NCBI GenBank assembly: GCA_964561855.1
Contig: CAZLQP010000003.1
Span: 80,949 to 144,948 of the forward strand
Source: an uncultured Burkholderiales bacterium
Lineage (GTDB): Bacteria; Actinomycetota; Acidimicrobiia; IMCC26256; JAGPDB01
Length of the DNA stretch: 64,000 bases
Direction of reading: 5' to 3'
Shown: piece by piece, positions 47,021 to 56,451 of the stretch
Numbering within the stretch: position 1 is the first letter of the stretch
How the letters are laid out: the number at the start of each line of letters is the position of its first letter
The notes under the pieces: model-generated
The model's database searches: none
What the model saw: only the letters and a program-made list of their open reading frames with translations
Told to the model about the DNA's origin: nothing
Program-made: the position numbers and the translations under genes

Positions 47021-47862
47021 ATATTTATGCGCTTGAGGTGCTCTTGCATCGCTTCTTCCCAGCTTCGCATTTCAATTCCCGTTTGATTCCTTAGGCTAAA
47101 AGTATCTAATGCAGAATACTTTGGACGCATTGCAGGACGATTGAGCGAAGCTGCGTCAATCTCAGAGAGATCGCTAGAGATACCTAAAAAGTCGCAAGCT
47201 TTTTGAGCCATAGTATATTTTGAGGTCACACCTTGATTAGCAACATTCAATAGACCTTTAATTCGGTTACCTAAACAGTATCTGATTACTTCAGCAATAT
47301 CTTGAGAATAGGTTGGGGTACTTACCTGATCAGAAACCAGTGCACTAATTTCTCCTTTGCTTATACCTTTTAATGACCAGTTGAAAAAATCATTTTCAAG
47401 ATCGCCGAAGACCCAAGCAACACGCAAAACAACCGAATTATGATACCTATCGGCTTCTATATCTCCACCCAACTTAGACTTCGCATAGACACTAAGTGGA
47501 TTTGTTTCATCGTGCTCTCGATACGGGACTTTCGATTCTCCATCGAAAACAAAATCGGTGGAGAGATGAACTAAGTATGCATCTATCATTTCAGAAGCTG
47601 CTGCTAAGTTTCTGACTCCCAAAGAATTTATTGCATATGCGTTATCAATTTCGGTTTCACATAAATCTACATTTGTCATCGCTGCTGCATTTACAACACA
47701 GTCTGGCTTGTACTCTGAAAGAACATTATTCACATCGTTACGACTAGAGATATCAAGATCAGCTCTTGTTAAAGCCAAGTATTCGAATCCTGAATTACTC
47801 TCGAGTTGTTCACGCAGTGCCGTACCCACTTGTCCGTTCGCACCTGTGATCAATACTTTCAT
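47017..47862 (-). CDS. rmlD: dTDP-4-dehydrorhamnose reductase
   Basis: 281 aa with ITGANGQVG, YAKSK and an RmlD-type C-terminal region. Confidence 0.85.
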   Translation of the reverse strand: MKVLITGANGQVGTALREQLESNSGFEYLALTRADLDISSRNDVNNVLSEYKPDCVVNAAAMTNVDLCETEIDNAYAINSLGVRNLAAASEMIDAYLVHLSTDFVFDGESKVPYREHDETNPLSVYAKSKLGGDIEADRYHNSVVLRVAWVFGDLENDFFNWSLKGISKGEISALVSDQVSTPTYSQDIAEVIRYCLGNRIKGLLNVANQGVTSKYTMAQKACDFLGISSDLSEIDAASLNRPAMRPKYSALDTFSLRNQTGIEMRSWEEAMQEHLKRINI

Positions 47863-47865
47863 AAT

Positions 47866-48867
47866 TTACTTTTCCCAGTTGTCTTCAATCACGGGAGCTC
47901 TCTCTAGCAGCGGTGTCCACCACTGTGGATTATCGACATACCATTGGATTGTTTCCTTAGCTCCAGATTCAAAATCTATTTCGGGTTCCCAACCAAGCTT
48001 ATTGCGAAGTTTTGAAGAATCCAACAAATACCTTCGATCATGACTTGGTCTATCTGGCACAATAGTTTTTAGTGTTTCTGGTTTATCCAGCTGCTCCAAA
48101 ACAATGTTGGCTATTTCTTCGATACTCTTTTCGATACCACTACCAACATTATAGGTCTCGCCAATCTCACCATTTTTTAACACCAAATCAATAGCTCTAC
48201 AGTGATCATCTACATGAAGCCACTCACGTTTGTTAGCAGTTGTCTTATATAAAGGAAGTTGCTCATCATTGATAGCACGAGTGGTAAATAGTGGAATTAC
48301 CTTCTCAGGAAATTGATATGGACCATAATTGTTTGAACAATTAGTAATTGTTATAGGAAGATCATAGGTCTCAAAGTATGCTCTAACCGCATGATCTCCA
48401 CCCGCTTTAGAAGCATTATAAGGTGTCTTAGGTTTGTAAGGTGAAGTTTCAGAAAAAGCTCCAGGATCATTCAGATCAAGGTCTCCATATACTTCACAAG
48501 TAGAAACGTGATGAAATCTATTCAGTTTCACTCTTCTAGCTGCTTCAAGTAAAGCTTGTGTTCCCATTACATTTGTTTGAAAAAATCTTGTTGGATCAAT
48601 AATTGCTAAAGAGTTATGAGATTCTGCAGCAAAGTTAACTACAGTATCGATTTCGTACTGTTCAAAAATTTCTAGCATCTTTGGGCCATCGCCAATATCT
48701 GCTTGGACAAAAGAAATCTTAGATTCGATATCATTCAAAGATTCGATGCATCCTGCATACGTTAGAAGATCTAAAGCTACGACCTTATCTTCAGGATACT
48801 TATTTACCCAATACCGAACAAAGTTGCTACCAATAAAGCCTGCAGCACCAGTTACTAATAACTTCAA
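47866..48867 (-). CDS. rmlB: dTDP-glucose 4,6-dehydratase
   Basis: 333 aa with VTGAAGFIGSN, VSTCEVYG and YNASK. Confidence 0.9.
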   Translation of the reverse strand: MKLLVTGAAGFIGSNFVRYWVNKYPEDKVVALDLLTYAGCIESLNDIESKISFVQADIGDGPKMLEIFEQYEIDTVVNFAAESHNSLAIIDPTRFFQTNVMGTQALLEAARRVKLNRFHHVSTCEVYGDLDLNDPGAFSETSPYKPKTPYNASKAGGDHAVRAYFETYDLPITITNCSNNYGPYQFPEKVIPLFTTRAINDEQLPLYKTTANKREWLHVDDHCRAIDLVLKNGEIGETYNVGSGIEKSIEEIANIVLEQLDKPETLKTIVPDRPSHDRRYLLDSSKLRNKLGWEPEIDFESGAKETIQWYVDNPQWWTPLLERAPVIEDNWEK

Positions 48868-48934
48868 TTTAACTCCTTAGTAATTCTTAGCTTCTCAGTC
48901 TAGAAGATGAACTTATTAAGACCTAAGTCATACT

Positions 48935-50386
48935 TCAAATCGGGCATTCAACAGTCGGATCGACTCCACTAATTTCATTTGGCTCAGCAACAACCGCTGG
49001 AGTCTGAGCTGTACCAACAGTATTCTGAGTAGAACTACCCCCACTTGAAGTGTTTAGACCATCAAAATCACGACCTAGTTTTACAATTACATCTGCATCT
49101 GCAATTGCTGAAACTTTAACTAATCGAGCATCGATATAAGTAGCCAACAGCTTTGCCTTTTCTTCAGACGCCTCAGTGTAGTTAATCTCGGTTTCAGCCA
49201 AGCCAGCTGCATTACCTGTAGGCCCAGGAGCAAATCCAGCGGCTCTTAGTTCAGTCATAGTCTCAGCTGCGAGTCCAGTTCTACCCGATGCGTTTAATAC
49301 ACTCACTTTTACAGCGGATGTGCGAGGAAGTGTCGTCTGAGACGATTCGTCTGGACTTTGTGAATCAAATCTTCTAAGTTGCTCTAAAAGAGGATCCGCT
49401 TCTTCCCATTGCACAACGTCGAACCAGACACCGTTTATTCTCTCTGATTGCACAGGCAACATTTCGAAACGAACACTATTAGGATCATTAGGATCGACTC
49501 CATTGAAGGCATTCATTAATTTAAAAACATCAGTTTTAGACAAGTTCTGATCGACTGTTAATTTTGAGATAACAGCATCAGCAACATCTCTTCCTTTAAT
49601 AGGATCAGCTAGAGACCTTTGCACCGCATGAGATGCAACTCTCCTCATAAATTCTTGCTGTCTAGCAATTCGACCAAAGTTAGATGTCGGATCTTTTTGC
49701 CATTGGCCATCTATAAATTGTTCGTAGTGTCGCGATCGCACATACGAAAGAGCTTGATCTCCATTTAAAGGCAAACAGCCCATCTGACCGTTCGTGTCCA
49801 AACCTGACTCGTTGTTTCCATTGTTATTATCTCTTGCAGGAGCTGGAAAATAAACATTGACTGTTCCAAGGGCATTTACAACTTCTTTAAATGTAGAAAA
49901 ATCGACTTCGACATAATGATGTATAGGAATATCAAAGTTAGTTTGAATCGTTTCAACAACTTTGTCTGGCCCACCACCTAAGTCGGTGTTGTAAGCAGCA
50001 TTTATCTTTTGAGTGCCGATTCCAGGAATATCGACTTTTGTATCTCGAGGAATGGACATCACAGTAGTTTTTTTCAACTTAGGATCTACGTGGACAACCA
50101 TCATCGTATCTGAACGCTGCCCAATGTCGTCTTCACCGCCAACAAATTGGTCTCGGTCCTGATCTGATTCAACAAATGCTCGCGTGTCGGACCCAATAAT
50201 CAGAAAATTTGCTGGTTTTCCTGCACCTGTTGCTGAGTCCAAATTCACATTTAAACGGTTTAAATTGGCGAATCTTGAGTCTATTATTCTGTGTACTGCG
50301 AAAATGCCTACAACACTTAAAGCTGTAGTTATGACTACAGCTGTAACAAAAGTTTTCCAAATATTTCGCACATTTTCAGATAACAT
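48935..50386 (-). CDS. LytR-CpsA-Psr (LCP) family cell-wall polymer phosphotransferase with a LytR_C domain
   Basis: 483 aa with an N-terminal TM, the LCP pattern NFLIIGSDTR...RSDTMMVVHV, and a C-terminal VKVSVLNASGRTGLA module. Confidence 0.85.
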   Translation of the reverse strand: MLSENVRNIWKTFVTAVVITTALSVVGIFAVHRIIDSRFANLNRLNVNLDSATGAGKPANFLIIGSDTRAFVESDQDRDQFVGGEDDIGQRSDTMMVVHVDPKLKKTTVMSIPRDTKVDIPGIGTQKINAAYNTDLGGGPDKVVETIQTNFDIPIHHYVEVDFSTFKEVVNALGTVNVYFPAPARDNNNGNNESGLDTNGQMGCLPLNGDQALSYVRSRHYEQFIDGQWQKDPTSNFGRIARQQEFMRRVASHAVQRSLADPIKGRDVADAVISKLTVDQNLSKTDVFKLMNAFNGVDPNDPNSVRFEMLPVQSERINGVWFDVVQWEEADPLLEQLRRFDSQSPDESSQTTLPRTSAVKVSVLNASGRTGLAAETMTELRAAGFAPGPTGNAAGLAETEINYTEASEEKAKLLATYIDARLVKVSAIADADVIVKLGRDFDGLNTSSGGSSTQNTVGTAQTPAVVAEPNEISGVDPTVECPI

Positions 50387-50445
50387 ATCTAACCATACAT
50401 TCTATTCCCTATACTGAGCAATAACTCATTAGAGAGGCATAAACT

Positions 50446-52254
50446 TTGGATTCTGCATTTTTCCACGCTATGACTATTGCCTTCTCTCGCAGGGTAAAAA
50501 CATACTGCGTTTTACGCAGGGACAATGAGGTTGTTCTTTGCACAGAACCTGCACAAGTTTTCAATTCCATTGCGGAAGTTCCAAACGATTTATTTGTCAC
50601 GGGTTGGCAAAACCATGACGGGCTGAGTGGACACTGGAGTTCTTGGAAAAATATTGAGACCATCAAGAATAATCAAGCCTCAGCTGAGGATTACTTAAAC
50701 CTAGCTAACTATTCATTGGGCAATTGGAAGAGCGACCTTGATCAGAAAACTTATGTCGGAACAGTTGAACAAATGCAAAATAGGATGAAAGAGGGAAAAT
50801 ATTTCCTAGCTAACTTGACGAGATCTGTTAAGACCAAAGCAAACTTTGATCCCACCTATATTGCTCTTATGAGTTCGCTTTATCATCACACTCCTAATCG
50901 ATTCTTCTATTATTCTAAAGATCAATCAGTACTTGGACTTTCACCTGAAAACTTCATAAGAGTGAGCAACAATCAGATTACTTGTGAACCCATGAAAGGT
51001 ACAAGCGTAGATTCAGATTCTCTGAGCCTGAACACAAAAGAACTCGAAGAATCTACAATGATGATTGATCTTACAAGGTCGGAACTCTCAAAAGTTTGTG
51101 ATGCCGGAACAATAGAAGTAATCAATAGGGATGAAATAACGAAGCATCCGGGATTGTTTCAGATGTCAAACAAAATCACAGGGAGACTCTTGGACGGTCA
51201 AGATATCGCAAAAGTCATTTTGACACTTATGCCAATTGCTTCTGTGACAGGAACACCAAAACCTTATGTAATTAAAGAACTCGCATCAATAGAGCTCGAG
51301 GCGCGAGGACTTTACTGTGGAACCTATGGTTATATAGATAAGCCAAATAATTCATGTGAGCTTTCTGTTGCTATCAGAACGATTCATTTTGATCAAGATT
51401 CCACCAAGGTAGGTGCCGGTGCTGGCATAACCGTTAGATCAAGGCCACAGCTCGAATGGGAAGAAACTCAATTGAAGTTAGAAAAACTTACTTCACTGTG
51501 CGATTTATCCCTTTTGGAGGGTCAGTCCTCCGGAGCGGGGGTGTTTACTTCCACTGGGGTTTTTGGGAATAGAGTTTTTAGGCTTAAAGAGCATTGTGAA
51601 CGACTAAGCGCAAATGCTGCTGAAATTAGTCTCGAGGTTTCAGCTAAAACGATCTTTGAACAGGCTACTAATTATCTTGAAGCTAAGCCAAGGGATGAAT
51701 ACAGCCGATTAAGAATTTCGATCAGTACTAACGGCGAAATTAAAATTGAATTGATCCCCCATCTGAAAAGTGACGATTCTCTGACTTTGGGCCTTGCTTG
51801 GTTAAGGAGCAATTCTGTTAGAAAAAATACGATCAAAACAATCAACCGAAGTGTTTATGAAAAAGCACTTGAACAAGCACAACTTTGTTCATTACAAGAA
51901 ATCGATGACGCTTTGTTGATTATCAACAATGAGATCATTGAATCTACCCGCGCCAATGTTTTCGCGAGGTTTGGAGATCAAGCGATATCACCAACACATA
52001 AAGATTCTTTATCGGGAGTTTTGCAGGCTTCAGTGTTAAAAGAGTGGAAATCAAATCTAGAACTTATAGATAGTCCTCTTATCCTGTCAGATTTGAAGAA
52101 CTGCGATGAATTAGTCATAACAAACTCTGTTCGAGGACCTCAAAATGTCAGTAGAGTTAGTTTCAAACCACTAAGTATCGATCTGCAGTTTCAATCCGAA
52201 TCCACTGAATTAAAGCAATATCTACAACAAGAATTCGAGAAGGGATTTTCCTAA
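50446..52254 (+). CDS. Fused aminodeoxychorismate synthase component I (PabB-like chorismate-binding domain) / class-IV aminotransferase (PabC-like ADC lyase)
   Basis: 602 aa. It has the chorismate-enzyme motifs PIASVTGTPKP and GAGAGITVRS, then a linker encoded by the dispersed repeat, then a class-IV fold region. The start is TTG 50446 or ATG 50470. Confidence 0.75.
   Translation: MDSAFFHAMTIAFSRRVKTYCVLRRDNEVVLCTEPAQVFNSIAEVPNDLFVTGWQNHDGLSGHWSSWKNIETIKNNQASAEDYLNLANYSLGNWKSDLDQKTYVGTVEQMQNRMKEGKYFLANLTRSVKTKANFDPTYIALMSSLYHHTPNRFFYYSKDQSVLGLSPENFIRVSNNQITCEPMKGTSVDSDSLSLNTKELEESTMMIDLTRSELSKVCDAGTIEVINRDEITKHPGLFQMSNKITGRLLDGQDIAKVILTLMPIASVTGTPKPYVIKELASIELEARGLYCGTYGYIDKPNNSCELSVAIRTIHFDQDSTKVGAGAGITVRSRPQLEWEETQLKLEKLTSLCDLSLLEGQSSGAGVFTSTGVFGNRVFRLKEHCERLSANAAEISLEVSAKTIFEQATNYLEAKPRDEYSRLRISISTNGEIKIELIPHLKSDDSLTLGLAWLRSNSVRKNTIKTINRSVYEKALEQAQLCSLQEIDDALLIINNEIIESTRANVFARFGDQAISPTHKDSLSGVLQASVLKEWKSNLELIDSPLILSDLKNCDELVITNSVRGPQNVSRVSFKPLSIDLQFQSESTELKQYLQQEFEKGFS
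51509..51533. repeat. Copy of the dispersed palindromic repeat (25 of 27 nt: CCCTTTTGGAGGGTCAGTCCTCCGG) inside the pabB-pabC ORF
   Basis: It matches the unit exactly and is read in frame as SLLEGQSSG, at the junction of the two enzyme domains. Confidence 0.9.
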
Positions 52255-53012
52255 ACCTTTCGTAAGCTATTAATCTCTCCTTCAAAAATCGTCACGTCAC
52301 CATTTTCAGTTTCGACACTTAGTGAACCATCTTCATTAACTGTTTTGGCTAAACCAAAAATTTCACCATTAATTTGTTTCACATTAACATTTGATCCAAT
52401 AGTTAAACAGCTTCGTCTAAAATCTTCAATCAACTCAATATCAGTCATCAGTTTTACTTTGCTCAAATAAGCTTCAATTATTCGATCTAACAATTCATTC
52501 GGCGTAATAAATACATTGAAGTCCTCTACTCCAACAGCAGTTGACTTCAATTCATCATCCAAGTGTTCAATTCCTAAATTAATCCCCAATCCAACAAGTA
52601 AGAATTCGCCTTCTAATTCAGTTAAACAACCTGCAAGTTTCAGTTGTTCTTTTTCACCATCTACAATAAGATCATTAGGCCATTTGATAGATGCTGGCAC
52701 TCCGATATTTTCTAATACTTCTCGCGCAGATAACATCACTTTTGCAACTTCCAACCAATTATTTTCTGAGATAGGCGAAACGATAAATGTACAGAGCAAC
52801 GATGCTCCTTCTTGATCAAGCCATACTTTTCCTCTGCGACCTCTACCGTTAGTTTGAGTATCAGCTCGATGAACGGATTTTAAAGCAAAGACGCCAGTCT
52901 CTTGACTGTTTTCTTTTAGCCAGGTTCTGGCTTGTTCTTGGGTTGAATCCACAGATTGATATTCAAATATGGGAATATCTGCAAACATCCGCATACGCAA
53001 TGAGTCGTCCAT
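52251..53012 (-). CDS. birA: Biotin-[acetyl-CoA-carboxylase] ligase (group I, no N-terminal HTH)
   Basis: 253 aa with the motif GRGRRGKVW. It is divergent from the biotin carboxylase gene. Confidence 0.85.
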   Translation of the reverse strand: MDDSLRMRMFADIPIFEYQSVDSTQEQARTWLKENSQETGVFALKSVHRADTQTNGRGRRGKVWLDQEGASLLCTFIVSPISENNWLEVAKVMLSAREVLENIGVPASIKWPNDLIVDGEKEQLKLAGCLTELEGEFLLVGLGINLGIEHLDDELKSTAVGVEDFNVFITPNELLDRIIEAYLSKVKLMTDIELIEDFRRSCLTIGSNVNVKQINGEIFGLAKTVNEDGSLSVETENGDVTIFEGEINSLRKV

Positions 53013-53075
53013 ATCTCTTAAGATACTTCCCTATAGAATTTAATTCAGAATCCAAAACACCATCTAGGAGAATTT

Positions 53076-54842
53076 GTGGCTGAGAAAATACTTATTGCCA
53101 ATAGAGGAGAGATCGCTGTTCGGGTTATGCGGACAGCAAAAGAGCTTGGCTATGGGACTGTTGGTGTTTATTCAGATCAAGATCGCGATGCCTACCATGT
53201 TCGTTATGCAGATGAATCCTATTCTTTGGGGGGACTAACCAGTGCAGAAAGCTATCTAAACACTGAAGCTATTTTGGAGGTCATTGAAAAATCAGGAGCG
53301 ACTTTGGTCCATCCGGGATATGGTTTTTATTCTGAAAATGCTGATTTTGCGAGAACTCTGATTGAAAAAGGAATCAAATGGATCGGACCAGGTCCGAAAT
53401 CTATTGAATTGATGGGCGATAAAATCTCTGCTCGCGAGGTTGCGACAAAAGCTCAAGTGTCTATGGTTCCCGGGACTTCAGATCCGATTCAAAAAGTTGA
53501 TGAGATTATTGAGTTTGGCGAAAAATATGGTTACCCAATCGCAATCAAAGCAGCCTATGGCGGTGGCGGACGTGGCATGCGTGTTGTTTTTTCAAAAGAC
53601 GAAGCCAAGGAAGCTTTTGAAGGCGCAACAAGAGAAGCACAAAATTATTTTGGCCGCGGCGAGACTTATTTAGAAAAGTATCTTGTTAAACCGAGACATG
53701 TCGAGGTTCAAGTTTTTGGCGATACTCATGGAAACTATGTATATCTTTCGACTAGAGATTGTTCAGTACAACGCAGACACCAAAAGCTTATTGAGGAAGC
53801 GCCTGCTCCTCTTATTTCAGAAGAAACCGAAAAGGCAATGGGCGAACAAGCAATAGCCGTGGCAAAAGCTTGTGATTACTCCAATGCTGGAACAATTGAA
53901 ATGTTGTTTGTTCCTGAACGCGATGGGAACAAAGAAGAGTTTTACTTTTTAGAAATGAATACCAGACTTCAAGTCGAGCACTGTGTGAGTGAGGAAATCA
54001 CTCAAAGAGATTTTGTTGCGGAGCAAATTAGTGTTGCACAAGGTAACAAATTAAGTTTCACTCAAGACGACATCAAAGTAACCGGTCACAGTATCGAGGT
54101 AAGGATAAATGCAGAGAATTCTCATAGTGGATTCTCCCCTTCTCCTGGAACGATTACTTCAATGTCGATTGCAAATGGTCCTGGAGTAAGGTTCGATGGA
54201 GGATATGAAACAGGCGATGAGATCTCCCAGTATTACGACAACCTTGCAGGTAAATTAATTGTTTGGGCCGAAAATCGTGACGCTGCTATTGCAAGACTAA
54301 GTCGAGCAATCGATGAAACAAAACTGGATGGAATTTACAACACTTTATCTGCCCAAAAAGCAATGATTAACCATCAAGACTTTAAAGACTGCACTCATCA
54401 CACAAAATGGGTAGAAGATGATTTGGATCCTCAACTTTGGAGCGACGAAACCCAGAATATATCTTCGGCGACCAAAGACGATGTGGAATTTTTAGATCTT
54501 CCTGTTGAAGTAAATGGCAAAAGATTTCAAGTTAAAGTTCAACTACCTGAAAATATGGGAACTACAACCAAAACCAAATCTAAACCGAAAAAAGCATTAA
54601 AGACTTCTTCGTCTGGAGCGAACTCTTCGGATTCAATTAGCGCACCAATGCAAGGAACAATCATTTCTGTTTCAACAGCAATAGGAGACAAAGTATCTAA
54701 AGGAGATACCCTTTGTATCCTTGAAGCCATGAAAATGGAGAACCAGATCAAGGCTCCAAGAGATGGTGTAATTAAAGATATCCTTGTGACTTCGGGTGAT
54801 CTTGTTGGCGCTGGTGATACTCTAATCAATCTCGAGGAATAA
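53076..54842 (+). CDS. accA: Acyl-CoA carboxylase alpha subunit (biotin carboxylase plus BCCP domains)
   Basis: 588 aa with an ATP-grasp BC pattern (KAAYGGGGRGMRVV, EMNTRLQVEH) and a C-terminal biotinyl motif EAMKM. The start is GTG. Confidence 0.93.
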   Translation: MAEKILIANRGEIAVRVMRTAKELGYGTVGVYSDQDRDAYHVRYADESYSLGGLTSAESYLNTEAILEVIEKSGATLVHPGYGFYSENADFARTLIEKGIKWIGPGPKSIELMGDKISAREVATKAQVSMVPGTSDPIQKVDEIIEFGEKYGYPIAIKAAYGGGGRGMRVVFSKDEAKEAFEGATREAQNYFGRGETYLEKYLVKPRHVEVQVFGDTHGNYVYLSTRDCSVQRRHQKLIEEAPAPLISEETEKAMGEQAIAVAKACDYSNAGTIEMLFVPERDGNKEEFYFLEMNTRLQVEHCVSEEITQRDFVAEQISVAQGNKLSFTQDDIKVTGHSIEVRINAENSHSGFSPSPGTITSMSIANGPGVRFDGGYETGDEISQYYDNLAGKLIVWAENRDAAIARLSRAIDETKLDGIYNTLSAQKAMINHQDFKDCTHHTKWVEDDLDPQLWSDETQNISSATKDDVEFLDLPVEVNGKRFQVKVQLPENMGTTTKTKSKPKKALKTSSSGANSSDSISAPMQGTIISVSTAIGDKVSKGDTLCILEAMKMENQIKAPRDGVIKDILVTSGDLVGAGDTLINLEE

Positions 54843-55285
54843 TGACCGAACTTTCTATAGTAATTAATGCACCGATTAATGTTGTTTGGGATTTCATTGC
54901 AGACATAAATACTCATCCATCATGGATGAAGGATGCTGTTTCTATTAAACGGTTAAATGATAAAGACAATCAAATAGGTGCAAAATATCTTTGCAAAACA
55001 ACTGTTGGCCCTCTACGAACTGATGACCTAATGGAAGTTACACAATATGAAAAACCAAATTTAATTGAAATTCATCACATAGGCGCGGTGAAAGGACCAG
55101 GTAGATTCGAACTTAAGGCCATCGATCCTTCAACTACAAAATTTTCATGGATAGAAGAATTAACATTTCCACTTTATATGGGAGCAGGTTTTGGGAAATT
55201 TTTTGCAATGAAATTATTGCATCAGATATGGAAGAAGAATTTGGTTGAATTGAAAAAGGCAATAGAAAAGGGCGAGACAAACTAA
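54842..55285 (+). CDS. SRPBCC (START/polyketide-cyclase-like) family protein
   Basis: 147 aa with N-terminal INAPINVVWDFIADINTHPSWM, typical of SRPBCC ligand-binding proteins. Confidence 0.65.
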   Translation: MTELSIVINAPINVVWDFIADINTHPSWMKDAVSIKRLNDKDNQIGAKYLCKTTVGPLRTDDLMEVTQYEKPNLIEIHHIGAVKGPGRFELKAIDPSTTKFSWIEELTFPLYMGAGFGKFFAMKLLHQIWKKNLVELKKAIEKGETN

Positions 55286-55300
55286 ATGTCTCGCCCTTTT
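55270..55300. terminator. Bidirectional intrinsic terminator hairpin (GGGCGAGACA-N7-TGTCTCGCCC flanked by AAAA/TTTT)
   Basis: A 10-bp perfect stem with A-tract and T-tract flanks lies between convergent genes. The TAA stop of the SRPBCC gene (55283-55285) sits in the loop. Confidence 0.75.
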
Positions 55301-55308
55301 AGCTTCGC

Positions 55309-55992
55309 TTAGAACGAATAAGTAACGTCTGTTACTTCACAACTAACTGAAGTTGGGTCATCTACAAAGCTTAAGAAAGCTTCAAACCCTACTCTGTCGT
55401 CTTGTCTCACATCAGATACATATGTCGAAGATGTGTAAACTTCACCGGTATTGCTTTCGCATCTGAAATCAATAGAATAGCTTTCAGTATCAGGAGTTTT
55501 ATTTGTTATAAAACCAGAATAAATAATGCTGAATTCATCGATTTCAACATTCGCACCTGAAATCTCGTAATCTCCTGCTGAAACGCTGTCTCCAATGTTT
55601 CCAAAAGATTCCTCAAGATCTCGACCAGCTTCTTCTGCGAATATTCCCAAAACAACAATACCTAGCCACATCAGTATTCCTACTACCATCCATGCAATAC
55701 CCAGAACAATACCAGCTGTAGCTTGTCCTTTACCTGTGCCTCCAAGTTCATTAGCTTTACTTCGACCAATGAATCCTAGAATGATTGCCGGAATAGCAAG
55801 AATTCCACAAAAAGATAAGATACCTAAGATCATCGCAGCTGTTGCTGCACCATTGCTCTGGCCTTGTCCTTGATTATTAACAATCGGTCCTTGCTGAGGA
55901 TACTGTGGAGTTGGCGGTGGTGGTGGCGGTGGCGGAGTGGCACCTTGTTGTTGATATGGATTGCCTTCTGGAGGCATCGGTGGAACTGTCAT
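55309..55992 (-). CDS. Membrane protein with a Pro/Gln-rich N-terminus and a DUF4190-like double-TM region
   Basis: 227 aa containing PPPPPPPPTPQYPQQ, then two Gly/Ile-rich TM helices, then a C-terminal soluble domain. Confidence 0.55.
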   Translation of the reverse strand: MTVPPMPPEGNPYQQQGATPPPPPPPPTPQYPQQGPIVNNQGQGQSNGAATAAMILGILSFCGILAIPAIILGFIGRSKANELGGTGKGQATAGIVLGIAWMVVGILMWLGIVVLGIFAEEAGRDLEESFGNIGDSVSAGDYEISGANVEIDEFSIIYSGFITNKTPDTESYSIDFRCESNTGEVYTSSTYVSDVRQDDRVGFEAFLSFVDDPTSVSCEVTDVTYSF

Positions 55993-56124
55993 TTAGGTCT
56001 CCCTTTTTGAATAACTTTTGATTTGGGAGATTCTAAGTTAAATTCACCAAAAAATGGTGCATTATTGCAATATTGAGTTTATTCACCTAAAAATAAGGTA
56101 CTTTTTCGCTGAAATAGCTCTCGA

Positions 56125-56391
56125 TTAGAGACTGTGAGCCTCTTGAGGAGATTGCTCGCCATCATTGACTACACCAGTAATTCCAGGCACTCGATCAAGA
56201 ATAATTCTTTCTACACCAGCTTTTAACGTCATGGTTGAAATCGAACAACTACCACAAGCACCTACCAATTCAACATGAACAATCCCGTCTTCATCGATTG
56301 ATTTGTATTCAATGTCGCCACCATCGCTTTGTAGCGCAGGCCTGATGACTTCTAGGGCTGCTAAAACACCAGCTTCTCTTGGATCACTCAT
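56125..56391 (-). CDS. NifU C-terminal-domain (Nfu-type) Fe-S cluster carrier protein
   Basis: 88 aa with the motif GACGSCSIS (CxxC). Confidence 0.8.
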   Translation of the reverse strand: MSDPREAGVLAALEVIRPALQSDGGDIEYKSIDEDGIVHVELVGACGSCSISTMTLKAGVERIILDRVPGITGVVNDGEQSPQEAHSL

Positions 56392-56451
56392 TTAGTTCCG
56401 CCTTTTTCTATGTAGAAACTACAACAATATTAGTACTTTATCTATTCCCTA

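Noticed and set aside
50403-50413. 11-mer CTATTCCCTAT shared with 56443-56453
   Set aside because: Matches of this length are expected many times by chance in 64 kb on both strands. There is no extended similarity around them.
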